The notes beneath the pieces are model-generated. The model made no database searches and was not told where the DNA came from. It saw nothing but the letters and a program-made list of their open reading frames with translations. The position numbers were made by a program, and so were the translations under genes. Below are positions 8,156-15,207 of a stretch of DNA of 31,261 nt, piece after piece (the stretch's first letter is position 1; the number at the start of each line of letters is the position of its first letter). The DNA is taken from the IMG/VR virus record IMGVR_UViG_3300021139_000078, positions 1 through 31,261 of that record. One strand, written 5' to 3'. The DNA comes from a virus (taxonomy: Duplodnaviria; Caudoviricetes).

Positions 8156-8308
8156 TTATTTGTCCCCCTTGATTGCGCGTTGAAATTTATGAAATGACTC
8201 GATCTCATCTTCGATGCGATAGAAATCCTCACGCTCAAAAAAGTTGATAATGGTGAGAGTGGTGATGCTTGCGACGAAGCACCCCGCCAAAATTGCTAAA
8301 ACGATCAT
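8156..8308 (-). CDS. small membrane protein (50 aa, not in ORF track)
   Basis: MIVLAILAGCFVASITTLTIINFFEREDFYRIEDEIESFHKFQRAIKGDK; TGGGGG SD; stop abuts the next ATG. Confidence 0.7.
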   Translation of the reverse strand: MIVLAILAGCFVASITTLTIINFFEREDFYRIEDEIESFHKFQRAIKGDK

Positions 8309-8439
8309 TTATTGCCCCCAGAAATGAGTGAAGCCCCATGGAAAGCGCTGGGGGCAGCACGAACCATGGAGCTTCTAATGATTGAACCAATTCTGAAATC
8401 GCAAAATTCCCGTGGAAGTGATGCTGAAATTCGATCCAC
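8305..8439 (-). CDS. putative leader ORF (44 aa, not in ORF track)
   Basis: GTG 8439 after AAGGGGGG; open to a TGA overlapping the next ATG (ATGA); spans a strong RNA hairpin. Confidence 0.45.
   Translation of the reverse strand: MDRISASLPREFCDFRIGSIIRSSMVRAAPSAFHGASLISGGNK
8330..8375 (-). promoter_or_regulatory. leader RNA hairpin with C-rich anti-SD loop
   Basis: 12-bp and 6-bp stems whose mismatches are G-U pairs only on the minus strand; CCCC loop. Confidence 0.6.
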
Positions 8440-8494
8440 CAACTGCCCCCCTTGCGACTAGGATGGGAGTTGAAAAGGTTTACTTAGCTTTCAA

Positions 8495-8549
8495 TTTGTC
8501 TGAATTTGACCACTCGGACACAAGTAGTCAAAAAGAGATATCAGACAAA
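8495..8549. promoter_or_regulatory. divergent promoter/operator region
   Basis: TTTGTCTGA...TCAGACAAA and TTTGAC...GTCAAA inverted repeats; opposed -35-like TTGACC (+) and TTGACT (-); lies between divergent units. Confidence 0.45.
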
Positions 8550-8576
8550 AATCGCCGAAAATCCATCTCGGCGTGG

Positions 8577-8624
8577 CTTTCATAAACCTATTCAATGCCC
8601 CCATATTGAATTAGTAGGTGAAAG
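8577..8624 (+). promoter_or_regulatory. integrase 5' leader hairpin occluding the SD, loop GCCCCCAU
   Basis: CUUUC/GAAAG, ACCUA/UAGGU and UUCAAU/AUUGAA stacked stems ending 3 nt before the ATG. Confidence 0.55.
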
Positions 8625-8627
8625 ATA

Positions 8628-9689
8628 ATGAACAACGAAAAGAATGTCTATACCAACACGCCGAGCCGTGTCAGAAACTTTCAATCTCAAGTTGAGGCTG
8701 AGACCTCTAGCCTAATCGAGCCACAAGAGCGTAGCGTTCCTCATGCTCGCAATCAGGCGAGTCGCAGTTATCGTCGGGAGCGAGACCCTGACTTCGGATT
8801 GGGAATTGAGTTGGAAAGTATTTATTTGAGGATGCCCGAATTTACGCAATCGTGGCATATTGAGGTCGGAAACCTTTTGCATAGAAGGTACGAATTAGCA
8901 GGTTTTGCCCGTTCAACATTTATGAAAGATTTCTCCATGCTTCGGCATATATGCAAGGAACGCCATCCGCGGGATGTCTATTTGCAGGATTTGGAAGAGT
9001 ATGTGCTGGGAGCCACCAAACTTTCGACACGAGCTGCCTATATCGCCCGAGTGAAATCAGTGTGGAATTCCTTGCGTATTCTCGGAATCATCCCGAATGA
9101 CTTTCGCCCGGATGAAGGCTTGCCCAAAACCAAAGAGCCACGCTATACCCCGCGCCCGATCAGCAAAGAGCAAGCCATCATGCTGATGACTCAGGCTGAA
9201 GAGCCGATGCGCGAATGGTTCATGTTCGCATGTTTGGCAGGGTTGAGAGCTATCGAAATCAGTCGCATTCAGGGAAATTGGCTGGAGCAACATGCGGGTG
9301 AGTATTTTCTTCGAGTACTAGGAAAAGGAAACACCGAGCTTCTCGTCCCCCTGCATCCCAAACTGGTGCAGATCATTTTGTCCAAAAAGACTCAAGGTCG
9401 CCTGTACACGATTGAAGCGAACTATCTTTCTCGGATCGCCTGTGCTGAAATGCGCCGACTCGGAATCTTCACCAAAAAGAATGGCTCAAATCGCTCACGA
9501 TTGTCATTTCATAGTTGCCGACATTTCTTTGCAACATCGGTGCTTGCTGCTAGTAATAACCTCATAACCACGCAAAGATTGATGCGACATGCTTCCCCGG
9601 TTGTCACGGCTCGGTATGCCGATCTCGTCAACCACGAGGAACGCGCCGTCATTCAAACTTTGCTGGACGATATCGAATGGAGTAAGTGA
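8628..9689 (+). CDS. int: tyrosine recombinase/integrase (XerC/D-like catalytic domain)
   Basis: AGLRAIEI (R), GKG (K), HSCRH (HxxR), LMRHAS (H), TARY (Y) all intact. Confidence 0.92.
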   Translation: MNNEKNVYTNTPSRVRNFQSQVEAETSSLIEPQERSVPHARNQASRSYRRERDPDFGLGIELESIYLRMPEFTQSWHIEVGNLLHRRYELAGFARSTFMKDFSMLRHICKERHPRDVYLQDLEEYVLGATKLSTRAAYIARVKSVWNSLRILGIIPNDFRPDEGLPKTKEPRYTPRPISKEQAIMLMTQAEEPMREWFMFACLAGLRAIEISRIQGNWLEQHAGEYFLRVLGKGNTELLVPLHPKLVQIILSKKTQGRLYTIEANYLSRIACAEMRRLGIFTKKNGSNRSRLSFHSCRHFFATSVLAASNNLITTQRLMRHASPVVTARYADLVNHEERAVIQTLLDDIEWSK

Positions 9690-10069
9690 TGAACGATTTA
9701 GAGAAGTGTGTGAAGAAACAAATGAATGTCGGGATATATCAATGGCTTCCCGATCGAATTGCTGGTGACATCACGGGTTCACGCGATCATCAAGCGGCAT
9801 TGATCAAGATTTTCAAAAAGCACAAAAATAACATGATTCCCGTTGAGTTGATTTGGAAATCCCAAACCATCATGGAGTATTACTGCGACGGAATGATGAT
9901 CGGTTTTATACCCACCGACCACCTTGATCGATGGAATGAATTTTTCAATTACATGGGTGATGCACCCAAACGAATGGTGGGAACTGTTCAAATTTCCTAC
10001 TGGGATAAGGGAAAAATGTATTTGCCGGGAATGCCCGCAATGCAGGTGATCTATAAGCCAAAAAAATAG
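9686..10069 (+). CDS. hypothetical protein, possibly HIRAN-like
   Basis: ITGSRDHQAAL and YCDGMMIGFIP resemble HIRAN motifs; start overlaps the integrase stop. Confidence 0.5.
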   Translation: MMNDLEKCVKKQMNVGIYQWLPDRIAGDITGSRDHQAALIKIFKKHKNNMIPVELIWKSQTIMEYYCDGMMIGFIPTDHLDRWNEFFNYMGDAPKRMVGTVQISYWDKGKMYLPGMPAMQVIYKPKK

Positions 10070-10090
10070 CCCCAGCCCGAAGGCTGAGGC
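10060..10090 (-). terminator. intrinsic terminator of the late operon
   Basis: GCCUCAGCC-UUCG-GGCUGGGGC followed by UAUUUUUUU, between convergent genes. Confidence 0.85.
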
Positions 10091-10095
10091 GTGTG

Positions 10096-10353
10096 TTAGA
10101 TAATTTCCCCGGCGATTGCCATATATGCAGCGCCGTCAATGAATGAATCGGTGTGGTCGGGAGTTTCAATCAAACGAGCAAGTTTGACTCCCACCATGCA
10201 CAATGCAACTTGTGATGGCGTGATTTCCTGTTGCAAGATGACCGACCAAATATCGGCAATTCTCTTGTGGTTGGTATAAGGATCGCCATAGTTTTTGTTG
10301 CGATCAATACCGGTCAATCGTGCAGCTTCCTCAAGGATTTCTTGTCGGTTCAT
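10096..10353 (-). CDS. DUF6378-like phage protein
   Basis: ILEEA...DRNKNYGDP..NHKRIA.IWS...VKLARL...H.DS..D.AAY.A. Confidence 0.8.
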   Translation of the reverse strand: MNRQEILEEAARLTGIDRNKNYGDPYTNHKRIADIWSVILQQEITPSQVALCMVGVKLARLIETPDHTDSFIDGAAYMAIAGEII

Positions 10354-10865
10354 GCTGACACCGTCAATGCTGACATTGGCAAAATGTCATCCTCATGCAG
10401 CTGATAATTGAATATCTGACGACCGATCTTTCCGGTCATCAATGGTTCGTATTTGTCTAGTACTGCCACATCACACCACCCCTTGATTTCGACAACTGGT
10501 TCGGAACTCTCAACATCGGAGATCACGCACCACAACACAAAATCAGATTTGCGCCGAATGCTGGCAAGTTGTGTCACGCTAATCGAGCGACCTAACTCAT
10601 CCCAATGTTGTGCATTCCATGTTTTGACTTCACATCGACCTGCATTGGTATAGATATCACATTCCAAACGCTCGGTGGCAAACTTCGGTTCAAAGCCATT
10701 GTCGGCAAACCAATGAAATGCCGCGAACTCCCCCAGTCGTCCCGTGAGGTGACCTTTGGGGTTGTTGAAGTAATGTCCCCGCTTGTTTGCATAGACCTCA
10801 TAGGTCATCTCTGCGAGCGAGAGCGCTACATTCTTGTGATCGGCACTGAGTTTGTATCCGTGCAT
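10350..10865 (-). CDS. putative PD-(D/E)XK nuclease-fold protein
   Basis: GRLGEFA...CDI...EVKT motif. Confidence 0.55.
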   Translation of the reverse strand: MHGYKLSADHKNVALSLAEMTYEVYANKRGHYFNNPKGHLTGRLGEFAAFHWFADNGFEPKFATERLECDIYTNAGRCEVKTWNAQHWDELGRSISVTQLASIRRKSDFVLWCVISDVESSEPVVEIKGWCDVAVLDKYEPLMTGKIGRQIFNYQLHEDDILPMSALTVSA

Positions 10866-10880
10866 GTGATCCTCTGGTAA

Positions 10881-11207
10881 TCAGGTGATGATTCGAGAAT
10901 TTACTTGAATCAGTTTGGATATGTCCGTCCCCTGAGTAGTTGCATTTGGAACCAAAGCATGCTCCGTCGGTTTCTCCACAATGTTTTGAGCATAGGGAGT
11001 GACGATGTGAGCATCGGGTGGAATTGTTTGTTCAAAATGAGTTGCTTCATGGGATACCAATCCCCCGGATAAAAACCCGATCAACACATATGAAAGATGT
11101 GGAAGGTCGCGTTGAAATCCTGTTGCTGCCCATGTTGAAAAACTGGCGGTGAATGCGAGCATCAATGTTTTTGCATCGCCGATGGGAAATTTGAAATGTT
11201 TTTTCAC
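10881..11207 (-). CDS. two-TM membrane protein, second holin-like lysis gene
   Basis: GTG 11207 overlaps the endolysin stop; two hydrophobic segments and a hydrophilic tail. Confidence 0.55.
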   Translation of the reverse strand: MKKHFKFPIGDAKTLMLAFTASFSTWAATGFQRDLPHLSYVLIGFLSGGLVSHEATHFEQTIPPDAHIVTPYAQNIVEKPTEHALVPNATTQGTDISKLIQVNSRIIT

Positions 11208-12076
11208 AATGTTGCCTTCAATGTGTCGTACACCAGTTGTGGAATGGTGACTTGTTTGCCGACTATTTGATGAGGAACGACGATTCCCTTTTTCTTCTCC
11301 CATTTGGCAAGAGCTGCAAGGGATGTGGTTGTTTGATGACCATCAACATAGTGAGCAGGGAGCAACCCCGCTTTGGCTAAGCCTTTTTCAATGGTCAGCA
11401 CATAGTTGTTTTTCTGCCCGACATTGAACGCCGTTTTGGAAATAGGAAATGGCGGTGCAATAAATACTGTGGGAGCAGTGGTTGTCGTTGTCTGTGGCGC
11501 GGTTGTGGAGTGAAGCATTGCCGTTCCACCCGTTGCCAATGTTCCAGCTGCTGCAACACCCGCGGTTGCTTTCTTGCCCGTTGATACTGGTTTAGCGGGA
11601 GCAATAGTGGTGGCATATTTGGGACGAACAATTGCCATCACGAACATATATGGTCGATGAACCCGATAGCACCCAGTTTTGGGATTGGTGTGATCATTCG
11701 GGTTGCCAGTATTGAACTCGATGGTCGTCAGCCCGTCTGAAGAGGAATTCTCGATATAACCGACATGGTCGGCAACTCCGTCGGAGTTCCAATCAAAGAA
11801 AACCAAATCACCGGGTTGACCCTGATATTTGTTGACCACACAACCTTGTCGCTGAAACCATTCCAAACCAGCGGGGCAATAGGAAAAGCCTTTGATGGTT
11901 TGAGCAGCGACAAGATGTGAGAGTCCTACCTGAGCGAAACACCAGCTGACGGACATCGCGCAATAGGCTTGATTCGGAATTCCATACCACATGGCATACG
12001 GCGTTTCCTCAGCGTCACCTTCAACGAAGCCAATTTGTGAACGGGCAACATTGAGAACATCGAGTGCGCCAGCCAT
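11204..12076 (-). CDS. endolysin, CHAP/NlpC-P60-like peptidase with putative C-terminal wall-binding domain
   Basis: ARSQIG..E, YCAMSVSW (Cys), PGDLVFFDW, DHVG (His), TIEFNT. Confidence 0.88.
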   Translation of the reverse strand: MAGALDVLNVARSQIGFVEGDAEETPYAMWYGIPNQAYCAMSVSWCFAQVGLSHLVAAQTIKGFSYCPAGLEWFQRQGCVVNKYQGQPGDLVFFDWNSDGVADHVGYIENSSSDGLTTIEFNTGNPNDHTNPKTGCYRVHRPYMFVMAIVRPKYATTIAPAKPVSTGKKATAGVAAAGTLATGGTAMLHSTTAPQTTTTTAPTVFIAPPFPISKTAFNVGQKNNYVLTIEKGLAKAGLLPAHYVDGHQTTTSLAALAKWEKKKGIVVPHQIVGKQVTIPQLVYDTLKATL

Positions 12077-12100
12077 GTGGTATCCCCTTATCTAGTGAAA

Positions 12101-12418
12101 TTACTTTTGAGCAGGTGTGGAATTTTCTACAACGAACTTGTCAGCAGCTTGAACGGCATCATTCACGGCAACTTGCACCAATGGTGCTGGTGCGCCTGTT
12201 TCGTTACTGATCTTGTTGGCAAGGGAAAGTGGATTGAGTCGAGCGATCAAGGGAGACAAGATGCCACCGGCAATTGCTCCGAGAGCGATCTTTTTGTAGT
12301 CATGAGAACCGACATATTTCTCGGTCGTCCATCCAGCAACAACAACGCCGTACAGCAAATGTTCAGCAAATGCCTTCTCTCGGTTGGTCAAACGCCAATT
12401 CTTGAGTGTTAGTTTCAT
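12101..12418 (-). CDS. putative holin
   Basis: Hydrophobic segments and RLNP motif; directly upstream of the endolysin. Confidence 0.6.
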   Translation of the reverse strand: MKLTLKNWRLTNREKAFAEHLLYGVVVAGWTTEKYVGSHDYKKIALGAIAGGILSPLIARLNPLSLANKISNETGAPAPLVQVAVNDAVQAADKFVVENSTPAQK

Positions 12419-12654
12419 GATTGCTCCCTTGTTGCTTTGAGTACTTCGAGATCGATCTTGATCTCAGCTTGTTTGGTATGTAAATCCTGAACTTGTTGCT
12501 TCATGCCATTGCCGTCGTTGAAAATTGCATACTCAATGCGATCTAATTTCTTGATGAGTTTGAGATACACCCGAAAACCTCCACCGAGAATGGCAACAGT
12601 GTCCACGATTGCCCAAACAAGATTTGCCATGAGGTTGGTGTTGAAAAGATTCAT
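12415..12654 (-). CDS. TM plus coiled-coil protein of the lysis cassette
   Basis: One TM helix, then LDRIE...NDGNGMKQQV coiled coil. Confidence 0.65.
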   Translation of the reverse strand: MNLFNTNLMANLVWAIVDTVAILGGGFRVYLKLIKKLDRIEYAIFNDGNGMKQQVQDLHTKQAEIKIDLEVLKATREQS

Positions 12655-12710
12655 CGGTATTCCTTATCTGCCAGTGGCATGGATAAACCCCGAAGGGTTT
12701 GGCGGGTGAG

Positions 12711-12845
12711 TTAGATTTTTTCTGAGAGCTGCTTGAGTAGCGCAGCGTTTGTTGCTTTCAACATTGCGTTTGCTTGTGCCATATCTGCCACCTGTTCACG
12801 AAATGCTTTCAAAATTTCACTGATTTCAATTTCCTGCTGTTCCAT
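12711..12845 (-). CDS. small coiled-coil protein (44 aa, not in ORF track)
   Basis: MEQQEIEISEILKAFREQVADMAQANAMLKATNAALLKQLSEKI; GAGGGGA SD. Confidence 0.7.
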   Translation of the reverse strand: MEQQEIEISEILKAFREQVADMAQANAMLKATNAALLKQLSEKI

Positions 12846-14073
12846 TGATTTTCCCCTCGAGTGTTGTCAATCGATTGTTCAACTCTTGAATTGCCGGGAC
12901 AAGTGCAACGGCTAGCGAGTCGTAGGAAATGGAAAAGGGAGTTTCATCCTTTGGGTCATATCCCACAATCAAATCTTTGAATTGATCAATCTCCGCAACC
13001 TCTTCGGCAATGAGACCCAAAATCTTTCGAAGTCCATCGCCTGAATTGTTGTTGTTTTCAAAGTCCTCATTGCTCACATATGTCGCTGGACGAAGTTGCA
13101 TGAGGTTGTCCATTGAAATCTGTGCGGTTTGAATATCTTTTTTGAATCGTGCTGAGGATGATTTGGTGTAGATATATCCCGAAGCGTTTTCATACAACGG
13201 CAAATCGCCACCTGAACCTGATGACGAGTGAACCGTGTAACTGTTTCCGTAGTACATGTTGCCATTGGCGTTCAAATTACTGCTGACATTGAGTGTGGAA
13301 AGGTATGAAGTTCCATTTCCATAAAAATCACTGTGAGCAGTCAATGTTCCATTAGCATCAACAGTGTTGAGGTTTGCCACCCCGTTGTAATAGACATAGT
13401 AAGTTCCGGAACCAAACAACCCGCCGGAGTTGATTGTCCATCCACCGATTGAGCCTGAACTTGCGTTGACGACTCCCGAGATGTTGGCACTGGAAGCGGT
13501 AAGCGCACCTGTGGAAGTGACCGAAAAGGTTCCTGAACCATTGTTGATGGCAATGCTGGAAATAGTTCCTGAAGTAATTTTGCCCGCATCCAGTGAGGAA
13601 ACAACGATATTGCTCAAGGTGTTTGACACCCATGATGTTCCACCTTGTCCGGTGTATTGAGCCGTGATCACGCCACCGGTTGTGTATTGGAACCAAATAT
13701 CTCCCGCACTGTTTGCGGTTGATCCGGGTGAACCTGATGAATAGGTGACTTTATTTTTTCCATTAGCCGTGGATTGAGCAGTGCTGGCAGCCGTACTTGC
13801 AGCGGTTGCAGCACTCAATGCACTGTTGGCAGTTGTTTGAGCCGTATAAATCGATCCATCCTGAACACTCACCCAGTTCGACCCATCCCAGCGGTATTGC
13901 TTGTTGCCGTTACTGGTATCAAACCAAATATCGCCAATAGCTTGTGCGCTGGGTTGAGTTGATTGTGTGAAAGTTGTCGTGGTGTTTTGAACATTTGCCA
14001 CATAGGTGACGACATAGTCACTGGTGTTGGTGATGGTGACTGGCGTGTTGGTGATCTGTGGTGCAAGTGCCAT
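12826..14073 (-). CDS. tail fibre/spike with C-terminal intramolecular chaperone (peptidase S74-like)
   Basis: Two GDIWF repeats, GSIGGWTI, SSARFKKDI cleavage motif, GLIAEEV, terminal AIQEL coiled coil. Confidence 0.85.
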   Translation of the reverse strand: MALAPQITNTPVTITNTSDYVVTYVANVQNTTTTFTQSTQPSAQAIGDIWFDTSNGNKQYRWDGSNWVSVQDGSIYTAQTTANSALSAATAASTAASTAQSTANGKNKVTYSSGSPGSTANSAGDIWFQYTTGGVITAQYTGQGGTSWVSNTLSNIVVSSLDAGKITSGTISSIAINNGSGTFSVTSTGALTASSANISGVVNASSGSIGGWTINSGGLFGSGTYYVYYNGVANLNTVDANGTLTAHSDFYGNGTSYLSTLNVSSNLNANGNMYYGNSYTVHSSSGSGGDLPLYENASGYIYTKSSSARFKKDIQTAQISMDNLMQLRPATYVSNEDFENNNNSGDGLRKILGLIAEEVAEIDQFKDLIVGYDPKDETPFSISYDSLAVALVPAIQELNNRLTTLEGKINGTAGN

Positions 14074-14082
14074 TGTCGCCCC

Positions 14083-15207
14083 TTAGATTGTGATCGAGTA
14101 TGAGTTCATGGTTGATGTCTGAATGACGGTGCGCCATGAGTCGGGAGTAATGGTGTGGGTGAACCCTTCCACGACGAGGTAATAGGTCATGGATCGACCA
14201 TCAACCGTGGTTCGCTGAACGGTCAATTGATCAGCCAATTCCAATGACAAGAAATCGGGATATAAAGTTCCCAATGCCAACGCATCAAATGAAATTGAAT
14301 TCACCAATGTTGTGGGAGTTGCCATGAATCGTGAGTAATACAGTGCAAGGTTTTGAGCATCCGAATCATTGGCAACAGGCGCGTCATATGTTTTGCTTTG
14401 CAATCCGTATGCGCTGACGCTCGGATTGTATGTGCAGGTGTATTGATTTTTGCTGGCACGATTGATGATTGCTTGATTGAGAACTTGCAATGTGCCTGGA
14501 GTAGTCATGATTTGATCATATTCAACAGTGTTGGTCGCACGAGAATCGCTCAGCAATAATCGAGTGACGGCGCTGAACTTTGAACTCAAGGGAAGGAATG
14601 TTGCAACACCACTTCGTGAGATAAAGAATCGTCCCGCTTCCACGGCAACACATTGTTGAATCATTGACCACAATGATGTGTTTTGAGCAGTGGGAAGCAT
14701 CGTCACTGAACCGGACACGCTGGATGATCCTGACCAACTTGCATAAGTCAACATGCGACCGATACGAGTGGATGAGGTTTCCTGATATGCCGGCGCAGAT
14801 AATGCTGGTGCTTGAATAGTGGCGAAGTCTGCTGACTGTTCCACGAACACCATCGTGCAAATGGAATCAAATCCAATGTCTAAGGTATTGGTTTCAAATG
14901 AGCCAGTGAACAATATGTAATCGGTGGAACTCCATGTTGCCACCAATCGAGCTTGTAAGCCTGACTTGAGAATGGAAGTTCCACTGACAACCCATGTGCT
15001 GGCAGATGTGTAGTCGGGATCATAGATGCCCGATCGATTGTCGAGGATGACGGTCATTGTGCCGGGATCATCTTGCTGATCTTGCCGAGAGCGACCACGC
15101 TTAGTGGCGATTTGTCGCACATCGGTTGTGGTCACATCTGTCCATGTTCCTGACTTGAGGAATTGAATGCGAAGTGTGGGAGCGTTTGAACCGTCAAATG
15201 CTGCCAT
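14083..15207 (-). CDS. minor tail (tip/hub) protein
   Basis: Follows the tape measure; RGR...PGT.T..LDN..G..DP pattern typical of siphophage tip proteins. Confidence 0.7.
   Translation of the reverse strand: MAAFDGSNAPTLRIQFLKSGTWTDVTTTDVRQIATKRGRSRQDQQDDPGTMTVILDNRSGIYDPDYTSASTWVVSGTSILKSGLQARLVATWSSTDYILFTGSFETNTLDIGFDSICTMVFVEQSADFATIQAPALSAPAYQETSSTRIGRMLTYASWSGSSSVSGSVTMLPTAQNTSLWSMIQQCVAVEAGRFFISRSGVATFLPLSSKFSAVTRLLLSDSRATNTVEYDQIMTTPGTLQVLNQAIINRASKNQYTCTYNPSVSAYGLQSKTYDAPVANDSDAQNLALYYSRFMATPTTLVNSISFDALALGTLYPDFLSLELADQLTVQRTTVDGRSMTYYLVVEGFTHTITPDSWRTVIQTSTMNSYSITI

Noticed and set aside
8465-8474. GGGAGTTGAA shared with the T-arm at 4821-4830, as a second tRNA-like element or att core
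   Set aside because: No matching 5' T-stem or acceptor stem; a 10-bp match can occur by chance
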